Assembly (NCBI RefSeq): GCF_001194135.2 | Contig: NC_068998.1 | Coordinates: forward strand, 44,674,183-44,735,681 | Source: Octopus bimaculoides | Lineage: Eukaryota | Length of the DNA stretch: 61,499 nt | Direction: 5' to 3' | Shown here: positions 37,004 through 49,499 of the stretch, piece after piece | Numbering within the stretch: position 1 is the first letter of the stretch | Layout: each line of letters opens with the position of its first letter | The notes under the pieces: generated by a model | What the model saw: only the letters and a program-made list of their open reading frames with translations | What the model was told of the DNA's origin: nothing | Database searches by the model: none | Program-made: the position numbers and the translations under genes

Positions 37004-37096
37004 TGAAGGCGGTGCTGGTATGTTCCTAATTTTGTGGAAAAGAAATTACAGGAGGATCAGTTAATTATGATTTTATTCATCTTATGACCCTCTCAG

Positions 37097-37144
<48 letters not shown>

Positions 37145-37362
37145 GGAGAGGCTGTAAAGTTACTGGCTTTGAGTAAAAGAAAACACAGGAGGATCAGTTA
37201 ATTGTGATTTTTATTCAACATATTCCCCTCACAGATTCACACACTTGTTGCAGTGATCCTTCAGTTTTTCTAAGCCCTGTAAAAGAACTTGGAAGTTTTG
37301 GGCCTCTGACCAGACCATTCACAATACCCTTAAAGCCAGGAACTTTTCAGCACTCCCTCATA
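37004..37362 (-). mobile_element. Mariner-derived MITE with a partial tandem duplication
   Basis: TIR TATGAGGGAGTGCTGAAAAGTTCCTGGCTT; remnant QGLEKLKDHCNKCVNL.GEYVE*; the left about 95 bp is present twice, separated by (CA)n. Confidence 0.85.
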
Positions 37363-38736
37363 GCTTGGGATTCATACCATCAGACTAGTATCTCTTATGC
37401 TGAACATACATTAGAACAAAGAGAAGGATAATGCTTTCGGTTACAGGTGAGTTGACATGGTTTTACATGTTAGTTTAGAAACATTGATTGGATAGGTAAT
37501 GGATGGTGGAAGTTAAACAAAACGAGATGCCAGGGATATGGTATGATAGGAGAGGAAAAAGAAGAAAACTTAATAAAAACAAAGGAAACATATTTGGCAT
37601 ACTTATGAGGAAATCTTGGCAAATATTCTTGTTTAGAGAACTGCAATTCCTATTCGTAATTTATTATATTCATTGAATATATGGACCTGACATAAAAGAA
37701 TGATGTGAATAAATAAATGAATGAGTGACTGAATACTGAAGGTAAGATAAACAACATACCACAAGAATAAGCAAAAATCTGAAATGGAATCAATCAATAT
37801 CTGATTCCGAGAATCCGGTAAACAGGTTGATTCTTTACTGAAGTCATCTTCAAAGAACGGTGTGATGGATGCTTTGAGGAAATGTTCCAGAAGCTAAAAA
37901 CCTTTATCTCAGACAGAAAAATAATCGAGATGGTACGTGCATGTGTTTTGTGTTTTAATGGAGGTAGTGGACTGGGTGGGGGTCTGCAAATTGCAGATGT
38001 TTTCATGCATGCCTGGTTTACATTTAGATGTAAGGCAGGCACCGTATCTCTTTGTTTAGATTCTTCATCACAATGCACAATGGCTGGCTGAAAGATAGTA
38101 GTATGTTCACTAGTAGAGAATCTAGTCATTAGTAACAGTGTTGGATTTTCAAGTCAACAATAAACCATCGGTTTTCAAACAGGATGGTGACTTTCATTGC
38201 TGTAGTCAGAGAAAGAAGAGGAGAAGAAGTAGGAGGAGGAGGACAATTATGAGTGGTGTAAGTGACAGTATAAATATATCCCATGCATCATGACCATCAT
38301 CATTATCAATAACAGTAGCAGCAGAAGGAGCAGCAGCAGCGTCATTATTTTTACATCAGCATTTTTCCATGTTGGCAGGGGTCAGATAAGATTCTTTAAA
38401 GCGGCCCTCTATGGCTGGATGCCCTTTCTGATGCCACTAAACCTTTCATTTTTATTTTTGTTTTTATTATAGGTATGCTATTTTATTCAGCTGATTACTT
38501 GTTCATTAAACTACCAATACCAAACTGCTGCATGTTTATGTGATACTTAAGCCAACATCATCACACCTAAGTGATGACACTGCAAGAACATGTAGGGGCA
38601 AGCACATATATACTTGTGTACACATATACACATACACACACACATTGACATGCATACACTGGAATTGAAACAAAGGTTAAACACACAAACACACACACAC
38701 ACACACGGACATACCAACACCAGTTGTATATGTCTA

Positions 38737-39125
38737 AAGGCAGTGAGCTGGCAGAATTGTTAGCAGGCCAGGCGAAATACTTACTAGTATTTTGTCTGCT
38801 GCTACGTTCTGAGTTCAAATTCTGCCAAGGCTGACTCTGCCTTTCATCCTTTCGAGGTCAATAAATTAAGTACCAGTTGAGAACCGGGGTTGATGCAATC
38901 GACTTGCCCCTTCCCCTAAAATTTCAGGCCTTGCGCCTATAGTAGAAAAGATGTACATGTCTAAATTTACTTGGCTGTGTGGTAAGATGTTTGCTTCTCA
39001 ACCACATGGTTTCAGGTTCAATCCCACAGTGTGGCACCTTAGTCAATTATCTTCTGCTATAGCTTTGGGCCAACCAAAGTCGTGTGAGCAGATTTGTTAG
39101 ACAGAAACTGAAAGAAGACCATTGT
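38737..39125 (+). mobile_element. B2 SINE (38737-38950) followed by a family A 5' half (38970-39125)
   Basis: Homology to other copies in the window. Confidence 0.85.
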
Positions 39126-39130
39126 GTGTA

Positions 39131-39177
<47 letters not shown>

Positions 39178-41199
39178 ACATTATATATATATATATATTA
39201 TAAATGTCAATAAAATAATAATGTATTTATATATGTTCTTCATAAATGTCATATTGTATTATATCATTCAAAGTTGTATTCCATTACATTGTCTTATATT
39301 ACATTGGTGATGGAGCCTCTGTCAGTTTTGCTGGCGATCACTCACTTGTTCATTACTGAGCCGCCAACTTATTTTACTATAGTATTGTAACTGCCTGGTG
39401 TCATAATGCTAAAGTAAGAGATACTTGCTCAAGGTGTAGTACAGTCAGACAGAATCCCAAACTACATGGTTGGTAACTAAATTTCCTACTACAACATAGG
39501 AGATGGAACTGAATGAATTTCTTGCAGCAATGTAATATTTACCATTGAAGTATGTCCTTTGAGAATCTTTGAAGTAGATAATATGGGTTTCAAATTTTGG
39601 CACAAGGCCAGCAAGATTAGAGAAGCGGGTTAAGTCTGTTGTATCATCCCCCAGTGCTTAACTGGTACTTATTTTATTGACCCCCAAAAGGATGAAAGGC
39701 AAAGTTGAGCTTGGAATGTAAAAGATGGCCAAAATAACGCTAAGCATTGGTTCTGCCAGTTTGCTGCCTTTTTGGAGTAGATAATCATATTGGATTATGG
39801 TTTGATGGTGCCCCAACATAGAGGATGAGCTGATTATATAAAAAACATATACAAATAAATACATCATCACAATAATGTTACTATCATTGTTTAGCAACAG
39901 GTTAGCTTTGTTCAAGCTCATCTATGGTCAAAGACGTTCTAACCATGACCATCCCATCATTCCTCCATTGTTTTTTGTTTTGATTCTCAGGCTTTCTGTA
40001 CCCTGAATGATGTTATGGAATTTGTTCTTTTTAATTTGTCCCAGATTCAGTCAGAGAGAGAGGTTTGGCTGCTATTTCTCGCAAATCAAACAGCCACATA
40101 AAGACTCGCTCCCTGATTTGTTTCTAGTAGGGTGAGGAGAACGCATTAGAGGTATCCTCTTTGGCAATTCTTTCTAGTAGTGTTGGCAGCCAAACAGACA
40201 TGTGTATATTTCATCAACCTATTTGTAAAGAAAGTTTACACTGGAACAGGTTCTTATTAATTTCACCTGTCCTGTAAGAAAATTTAAATCTTAATTATGA
40301 CAAAACCAGGAAATAGTCGTTAAATATGCAGTACTTCTGCTGGTGCTGGTGATGTTGTTGTTGTTGCTACAGTTTTTTACTGCAGCAAATGAGAGGTCAA
40401 TGACTACCTCTGCATACTTATTTGCATATAGTAAGTTAGATTGGGTCAAGGGTGTCTACCTGAGACACAATGAAAATTTAATTTGATTACTAAAAAAAAG
40501 CTAAGTAATTAACAATTAAGGATGTTTTTTTGGGGGTTTTTTTTTGTAAATGGATCAAGACATTAGAAATTCTTGCATTTGGTTTCATCATCATCATCAT
40601 CATCATTATCATCATCAGCATCATTATCATCAGCATCATCATCATCATCACTGTCATTGTTGTTGTCATCACCACCACAACACCATAACCATCATCAACA
40701 TCATCACCATTATCATCATCATAATCATCACTCTTGTCATGGTCATTATCATCATTTTGAAGTCACTTTTTCCATACTGGCATGGGTTGGGTGCAACTTC
40801 TTGAAGCAGTATTCTATAGCCAAGATGCCTTTCCTGGTGCCAAAACTTACTTGTTTGCAGATTAGAAACTTTATTTTACATGGTCTTTGCATTCCAATCT
40901 GCTGGACATATTGTTTGTGTAAGGAATATAAACAAAATTCACTACTACACAAGTAGGATTAATGTAAAAAAATGAGGAGGAGGCCAACAAGCAGACACAC
41001 ACACACACACACACACACACATTCATGCACATGCTCACACACATGCAAGCACACATTCACACACTCTGTGTTGGCCCCTTGTGGGCAATAAAAAAAATCA
41101 CACATACATGTACACACATATGCAAACACACACATACAAACATGTGCACACACATACATACATACATGCATGCATGCATACATACGTAATACATACATG

Positions 41200-41522
41200 T
41201 GAAGGCACATGTCTTAGTGGTTAGGGCATTCAACTCATGATCATAAGGTCATGAGTTCAATTCCCGGTGACGCGTTGTGTCCTTGAGCAAGACACTTTAT
41301 TTCATGCTACTCCAGTCCACTCAGCTGGCAAAAATGAGTAGCACCTTTATTTCAAAGGGCCAGCCTTGTCACATTCTGTGTCATGCTGAATCTCCCTGAG
41401 AACTACATTAAGAGTACACATGTCTGTGGAGTGCTCAGCCACTTGCACGTTAATTTCATAAGCAAGCTGTTCCGTTGATCATATCAGCTGGGACTCTCAT
41501 CATCATAACCATCAGAGTGTTC
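41200..41522 (+). mobile_element. Family D SINE; second copy at 55172-55495
   Basis: tRNA head, CORE-like CCTTGAGCAAGACACTTTATTTC and tail TTCAAAGGGCCAGCCTTGTCAC...GTTAATTTC. Confidence 0.9.
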
Positions 41523-41989
41523 CTTTTTTAATACATACTTACAAGTTGGTCTTTCATACAGTTTTTATCAAGCTACTTTCCTTTTCAAGATATCAATCAA
41601 GTTGAAATGACACCTGCCCAAGGTGCCACACACTGAAATTGAACTCAAAGCCAATTTGTTGTGAAGCAAACTTCATAACCACACAACTATTACAAATTTT
41701 TACTTTCTCTAAATTTCAAATTCATTAAACTGAGATATTTTGGTAAATTACAATTGATTGGTAGTGGGAAAAATCTATAATTGAAATTTAAACTTTAATC
41801 TTAATTGATTAAGAGAAAATAATTGGAATTTGTTATTGATTTAAGTTTGTTTTTATTTTTTTTTTTCAGTAAGATCTCAGTTTCATTTAGTTTCAAAATC
41901 CATTTTTAAATATTTTCAATAAAATAGCATTTGTTCTTTGCCTTAGATCGACCCTGGTCCAACATAGCTGTGGTCAAGTATTCTTTAAA

Positions 41990-42375
41990 ATTTTAATAAT
42001 CAGACCAGATATATCCAGCTAAAATATTCTCCCTCTTTTACTTTCAAACTGGCCAGATTAAACCTTTCACACCTACCCTAAAATGTCATTGTAAAAATAA
42101 ACAATCACATCATTGAAATCTTGAAGCCACAACGTAATGCATGTTTAACTAGTTAGCATTTAAACCGACCATATCAGGCCCAAGTAGTCAACCCATTTTA
42201 TGTTCAGACCAATCAGCTGAGGCCTCTCACAGCTACCTAACAATATCATTCTGAAAATGAGCAATCACATCATTGAAATCTTGAACTTAACAAAATAATG
42301 CATGATTAATTCAAAACAATAGGAACAAATCAACATTACATTTGACAGAGTAATCTGAATGCTAATGGGTTTAAC
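41990..42375 (+). mobile_element. Two tandem copies of an AT-rich MITE-like element ending in AAGGGTTAA-type termini
   Basis: ACAATCACATCATTGAAATCTTGAA occurs at about 42100 and 42260; end TCTGAATGCTAATGGGTTTAA; a related terminus AATGTTAAAGGGTTAA lies at about 12160. Confidence 0.6.
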
Positions 42376-42570
42376 CATAGTTATGTTGCTCTCTAAGACA
42401 AGGCATATCGAAGACTAATCTATTTAAATGATAGGATATAAGAGTATTGTAGTTTGCTTCAAGCATTGTGTATTGTTTGTAAAGAATAAAAAGTTTAGAA
42501 AAGTACAACAATGCACTATAAAACAAAAAAATGGACTATATACCTGTTGTAATTTGGTTATCTATAGTCC

Positions 42571-42606
42571 GATGATATTTCGGAATTCCAATTCCTTCTT
42601 CAGATC
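42571..42606 (-). ncRNA. Minimal type-I hammerhead ribozyme motif (Penelope-type)
   Basis: Minus strand: GAT-CTGAAGA-A-GGAATT-GG-AATTCC-GAAA-TAT-C-ATC. Intact core, helix II, palindromic helix III (ATAT), AUC cleavage triplet and 3-bp helix I. Confidence 0.7.
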
Positions 42607-43099
42607 TTTGTAGCTGGAGTAATTTAGGCAGATTTTGCTACTATTTCTAGCAAGTGAGCTTACCTCAGTTGTTCATGTATTTGGTTAGAATCGAATGTTA
42701 AGGCAGAGGTGCACATATATTTTCTCATATTTCGTGAACAATAGAATTGTTGATTACAAGTTTCCAATTATGTATCAGTATCACTTTAATCATGATAGCA
42801 ATGGTAACGAGATCTGTAGAACCTTAGCCTAAGATGTAAATTGAGATATCTTAATTTGAAAGTGTGCACTGATAGGTTTTCTCAATAAAGTCAACAATTC
42901 TTCCCAATATTCATTATTCAGTGATGTACATGTATACTTAGACAGATATCTATATAAACATATATGCTGGATCTCCACATCGTTTCTGACGAACAAATAA
43001 CACTCAGAAAGTATTGGACAATATGAAGCCATAAGAAGACATTTACCCAAAAGTACTACACTATATCTTTTATAAACATTGCAGCCTTGTTTGTATACC

Positions 43100-43307
43100 T
43101 TCTTTTATCTTCTTTTACTTGTTCCAGTCATTCGACTGTGGCCATGCTGGGATACCACCTTGAATGGCTTAGCCAAACAAATCAACACCAGTACATATTC
43201 TGTCAGTCTTTTTGACTAAACTGTTAAGTTATGAGGACACAAATGAGCCAACGACCGTTGTCAAGTAGTGGTGGAGGACGTACACACACACTCACATGCA
43301 CACAAAC

Positions 43308-43354
<47 letters not shown>

Positions 43355-43680
43355 TAGATAGATAGATAGATACATACATACACTTTCTAAAGTGGTTGTT
43401 ATTGAAGGACATCCAGCCATAGAAACCATGCCAAAATAGACATGAAACCCAGGTAGCGATTCAGCAGGCCAGCTCCAGTGAAATTGTCCAACCCATACCA
43501 GCATGGAAAACAGACATTAAATGACAATGATGATGACACACATACACATACACAAAGTGGGATTCTTTGTTACTGTCAATCAGTTGGCCTTGGGCTTTTG
43601 TAGAAGACACTTGCCCGAGGTGCCACGCAGTGGGACTGAACCAAGACCCCTGATCCAAGTAGCCATACCTGCATAAACAA
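43100..43680 (-). mobile_element. Family A SINE (-) with a family C SINE (+, about 43385-43535) inserted in its internal microsatellite
   Basis: A tail at 43100-43275, C body and (GAT)n, then A CORE and head at 43575-43680. Confidence 0.75.
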
Positions 43681-44446
43681 TCCATTTTTAAATCCAGCCT
43701 AGGGATTTTCATACATGCACGCATGCATACAACATGCATGTGTGTGTGTGTTTAAGTACAGTGCTCTTTAAAACAATTATAACAACAATATGTATAAATG
43801 AAATGTAAAATAAGAACAAATATGATAAAATAAGGAATAACAAAGAAATGCATTTGAAAATACTTGGTAAAATTTGGTAAAATATAAATATGAATCAAAA
43901 TTCCACATCCTTGCATTTTTAATCATTCATTTAGTTAAGATAAATCCAAAGTTCATTGGTTTCTTGAAGGTCTGTGACATTATATCAGGTTTGGTCGCTG
44001 CCACTCATGATCAAGAAGAATTTCCAGGTTTGTAGTTTTGCAAATATCATTGTTTTTTTCGGTGAATGCAGAAGAAAGGAGTGAAAAGACAGTAATTAAA
44101 AAGACCAATAGAAAAGAGAATTAGGTCAAAGTACTAAAGAAAAAACAGCAATCATTATTGGTATATATCTGTAGAGACATAAATGTTTTATTGTATTGTT
44201 CTATTGTTCATCAGAGGAAAAGTGATTTGGTATAGTTTGTGAAATAGAGGTGTGATAGATATATCATGGGCTCAGTGCCATATTAAAACATGGGCACATT
44301 GGGCAGTTTCCCAGGAGCCTCATGGGTCTGGGGGTTCAATTTTAAAGTATGTATGCTGTGGTTCACAGTCAAAAAACTATACAGATCAATGTATTGATTT
44401 GCCCTTGTGCAGGGGGACTATAATACAATTATTGTATGTATGTGTG

Positions 44447-44479
<33 letters not shown>

Positions 44480-44650
44480 NNNNNNNNNNNNNNNNNNNNN
44501 NNNNNNNNNNNNNNNNNNNNNNNNNNNNNNNNNNNNNNNNNNNNNNNNNNNNNNNNNNNNNNNNNNNNNNNNNNNNNNNNNNNNNNNNNNNNNNNNNNNN
44601 NNNNNNNNNNNNNNNNNNNNNNNNNNNNNNNNNNNNNNNNNNNNNNNNNN

Positions 44651-44791
44651 GTCCGATGATCGGGAACGTGAAACTCAGAGTAATGGTTTTTTTGTTATAT
44701 TTTTGCTGCTTTTAAATAAAGCATATTACTCTACCTCTGGTATTTGAGTACTCTTTTTTCCACCTTGTTGCACATTTCATGTGCTTACTCC

Positions 44792-44792
<1 letters not shown>
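44651..44792 (+). mobile_element. Penelope-like short element with a hammerhead-like motif (44651-44684), ending in (TA)n
   Basis: GT-CCGATGA-TCG GGAA CGT-GAAA-CTC A GAGT-A-AT. Confidence 0.5.
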
Positions 44793-44837
<45 letters not shown>

Positions 44838-45707
44838 TATATACAATCACATATATAATCATGTTTGTTCGTTAGAGCAATGAGGATCATCTGGTCATTC
44901 TTAAGAATGACTGTTGACTTTTTGGGTAACTTTACCTGAAAGTGGAGAAGAGTTGTACACCCTCAACCTCACTCTTTTGTTCATGACCATCTTCAGTCCA
45001 GGGTCAATACCAAGTCACACAACTGTGAATGGAGCTGAATCATTTTGCTTTCTATGCTCCACAATGCATTGCTGTAGCCACCTTTGCCCTCCAGGGAACC
45101 ATGAAGATTTCTTTCACAGGGTTAGCAGGGTCCAATCTTTATTTGCAAAGGCAATCAAGCCCTAATATGCTAAATAATCGTTAACTGGGACTCTGACAAG
45201 TGCTACTGCTCTGAGTCACAGTAGACCGGAGAACAATGGTAACTAAGAGATTGTTCTACATTCTTCAAAAGCCAGGAACTCGCAAACCAGGAGCCTGACT
45301 ACACACACTGAAACACACACACACACGCATACACATACACATTCTTGAATGAGAATGTTGCTGACAGTGATTTCAAAGTTTTGGTCAGCTCAGCTATTGT
45401 CAGACTGCCATAGCTGCTTGAAACTTTGAAGTTACTGCCAACAACATTCTGTTTAAACAATAATAAATTTGTACTCTACTAAGTGAAGAAAAACTCATAA
45501 CATTAATGTAAATTTTTTTTTTTTTTCTTATAATTGAACATAAAAACAAACACTAATAAATAAATATATATATATGTAATATAGATATATATATGTGTGT
45601 GTATATATATTCATATATATATATGTATATGTATATATATATGGATGGATGGACGGATAGATATAGATATATGCATGTGTATATATATATATGTATGTAT
45701 GTATGTG

Positions 45708-45762
<55 letters not shown>

Positions 45763-46951
45763 ATATATTCAAACATACATACATAGATGGACAGACTAAT
45801 ATAAAGATAAACAGACAAAGAAATATACAAAAGATGTCTGGAAATACAAAATGAAGGAAAATGAAAAAGAATTTGTAAAATAAGAGACAACGACCAGCAT
45901 AGCCACGATTGTTTGGCTGGGAACTAGTAAAATAGCCAAGAGGTATAGAAAATGAGAACAAGTTTGATGGAAATGAAGTGGAAAAAACATGATGATAATA
46001 AACTGTTAAGTTGATAAGTATTGATGAGCTGGTCATGTCAGCATTTATAACAATAAATATGTTTAATGTCATTGTTCTTGAGCATGATTATGATGATAAT
46101 GATGATGAAGATGGTTGATAGTCTGATGTGGTTGATGGTGATATTGACTGTGATTGTATCAGTGACTGCTGTGAAAGATGGTGACAATGATAGCAGTGAT
46201 CTAACCGGATACCTTTCACTACACGCACAGCAGTCTAGCTGTACTGTATCTGCATTTATGGCAGCGCTATAGGGTTTACAGATGTAAATCTTTGTTTACT
46301 TTATATAACACCACTGCTTGGTCCTTGAGGGCTTTTATTGAGGTCTGTAACAGCTGTAGACTTAATGTACCACCTGGTTTTTAACACCAATGTTTAACCT
46401 TCGGATGTCTTTAGCAGGGTTAATTTTATTGCAAGCATTCTGAGCATAACTTCCTACCAACAATCACCAAGGCCCTGAGAGAAAAAATATCAGGAGTGGT
46501 AGTGATGGTAGGGGCCTTTCACTTACCACTAAGAAAATGAGAAACAAAAGCAGTCCCTACCTAATTCGTAAGGACAACGTTCTTAACTAATTTGGTTTCA
46601 AATTTTGGCACAAGGCCAGCAGTTTTTGGAGGAGAGTGAGTCGATAACATTGACCCCAGTGTTTAACTGGTACTTGTTTTATCAGTGCCAAAAGGATGAA
46701 AGGCAAAGTTGACATCAGAGGAATTTGAACTCGGAACGTAAAGATGGGTGAAATACCACTAAGCATTTTGCCTGGTATGCTAACAATTCTCCCAGCTCAC
46801 CACCTTAAAAATGTTCATAACTAATTCAATGAAGATTAAAAAAGAATAATCCTACAGCAGCAACCGTAGAAATATAAAAAAAAAATGCTGGTATAAAACT
46901 CCACAAAACCACTCCCCTACCCACTCTGCCTTTTAACTATTTTGAACCTAC

Positions 46952-47076
46952 CATCTCCCAACCATTTCTCCAGAACCAAATTGGGATTTTTCATGTGGTT
47001 GGCAATGGCTATTATCCTATTATCAGCTTTGTGAAGCTGTCTGTTGTGGACAAGAAAGGCCAAAGAGGCAGCTACG
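46952..47076 (-). CDS. Candidate first exon (ATG at 46994: MKNPNLVLEKWLGD, phase-1 donor)
   Basis: No upstream ATG between the X-box and 46994; donor ATG|GTAGGT at 46952/46951; unique, CpG-retaining DNA. Confidence 0.35.
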
Positions 47077-47090
47077 GTTTCCTTAGCAAC
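47077..47090. promoter_or_regulatory. RFX X-box motif GTTTCCTTAGCAAC
   Basis: Matches the RFX consensus GTTNCCNTRGCAAC; adjacent GTTGTTGACAAC at 47096-47107; 4 CpGs between 47075 and 47176. Confidence 0.5.
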
Positions 47091-47796
47091 CGGACGTTGT
47101 TGACAACAGTCAGTTGTGATGCGTTTAGCTGCCAATGTCTGTGCTCTGCTGACAACTATCTTTGCACCAACCACGTTGCATATTGGCTTGGGGTTGTGTT
47201 AGGTTAGTGAACAGTTGCAGTGAATCTTTCTCTATGTAAAGACCTGTGTGTGTGTGTGTGTGCATTTGTGTATGTGTTGTTTCTGTGTCAGTTGTTAGTC
47301 TTTGTGTAGCTTTTTGTCCAAATATACTTATACTTCACCCACTCGCTTTCATACACATTTTTATAAGAATATTTATGACAATATGTACATGTGTGTGTAT
47401 ATACACATATTACAGATGTCTCTATGTGTTTCTGTATATNNNNNNNNNNNNNNNNNNNNNNNNNNNNNNNNNNNNNNNNNNNNNNNNNNNNNNNNNNNNN
47501 NNNNNNNNNNNNNNNNNNNNNNNNNNNNNNNNNNNNNNNNNNNNNNNNNNNNNNNNNNNNNNNNNNNTATATATATATATATATATCTAATACACATCCG
47601 TAGCTGGGAGTGGTTGGGCTGAAATGCTTAGTTGAACCGCTTGGGTTATATAATGCTTATATAATATACACATACATTTACACACGGACACAAATTGGTC
47701 AGCTAATGGTAGATCTAATTTAATAATTGAGAAACATCTTAGGGTAAATCTGAACTACACTCAAGTAATAGATATTTATATGTATGCATATATATA

Positions 47797-47827
<31 letters not shown>

Positions 47828-49499
47828 ATAGATATACACACACACACTGCCACACACATGGGAACTCTCTTAACATACATACATGCACACATATGCACAC
47901 ACTTATATATATACATACATCTTATGTATTCCAATGAAAAAAAAAATGTATCAAAATGTTTTAAAACACAAACAATTAAGTGTAACTTAGTAACAATGTG
48001 GAAAAGATGTGAATTATGGAAATGATTTAGATTTCAATTGCTTAGGAAATGATGGCTATTTATTGCATGGACATATAATAAATTCACTCTTAAAACGTGC
48101 GTATAAAAGTAATTTGAATAAATCTTTCTCAATATTATGCACACGCACACATATGTGTGTCTTTATGTATATAAATTTATACATACATACAATCATACAT
48201 ACATACATACATACATAGACTGATAGACAGCCAGACAGACAGACAGATGCATAAATGGACAGACTGACAGACAGATGACTGACTGACTGATGGACAGACG
48301 GACAGACAGACAGACAGATAGATATACACACACATAGATAGATAGATAGATATACACACACATAGATAGATAGATATACACACACATAGATAGATAGACA
48401 GACAGACACAGACAGACAGATAGATAGATAGATTAGATAGACAATCAGATAGATAAATATGTATACTGTGTCTGTTGGTGGCCTAGCATTTTATGCGTTG
48501 GGTTCACGAGCCTAAGGTCATGGGTTTGATTCCTGGGCCAGAGAGCGAGTGCCTTGTGTCCTTGAATAAGCTGCTTCATTTCAAGTTGCTCTAGGTTACT
48601 CATCTGTAAATGATAACCAGCCTAAAGTTAGTGCATTCCTTTCTTTCTTAGGCCACATCATTCTCAATGTTTCACTGGATTGGACCAAGAGCAGGCTGGT
48701 CCAAAAGTGTGTCTGTTTGTGCTTAATCAACATAGGCAACTAAAACAATGGGCAAAAATATGGCGCGTGCTATGATCTTATACTCACTTACAAATGACGG
48801 CTTTGGATGTATGTGTGGGCACAGACGTAGCTGTATGGTTAAGAAGTTGGCTTTGTAACCACATAGTTTTGTGTTCAATTCCACTGCATGGAGGAGTTGA
48901 TATCCAGTACTTCTTACTAATACTTTTACCATCACCCATCTCTACCATTTGCCATCAAGCTTTTTTTCTCTCTTACTATCAAATATCTGGTTGGTATATT
49001 GCTCTCATTCAATAACCCCTGATGATCATCTCTCTCCTCCATTGACTTTGAGTTCAATAAAACCAGTACTGAGGCTGATGTAATCCACTACACCCTAGAA
49101 AGGGTGCCATAGCATGGCCATGGCCCAGTAACTGAAGCTAGTAAATAGAGATTCCTTTCCTACAACAGTCCAAGTATTCATGACTGATGAATTCCCATAG
49201 GGGAGAAATAGAAACTTATTCATTGCATTCAATCTGTTTATAAAATGTTATATTTTACTCAGTTATATAGAGCAGAGTTTGCTTCTTTTTTTTTTTTAAA
49301 TACCTTATGGCTTATATTATTTTTGCAAATAACCAAAATTACATTCTCTCACTCTCTCTCTCTGTACAAGCATACAGAACTACATATATATGTAAGTGTG
49401 CACATGCTCACACACACACATAGATGCACACACACACATCACTATTTAGTGTTGATTGTCAAAAGAAAGAGGGTTTAGAATTATAATAGAAATTAATAA

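Noticed and set aside
42985-43025. CTGACGA...GAAA hammerhead core
   Set aside because: No helix II pairing and no A15.1-U16.1 pair; at best a decayed relic.
49184-49225. CTGATGA-A-TTCCC ATA GGGGA-GAAA hammerhead-like motif
   Set aside because: Helix III and helix I cannot both form in register around a valid NUH triplet, so it may be chance; worth including in a genome-wide scan.
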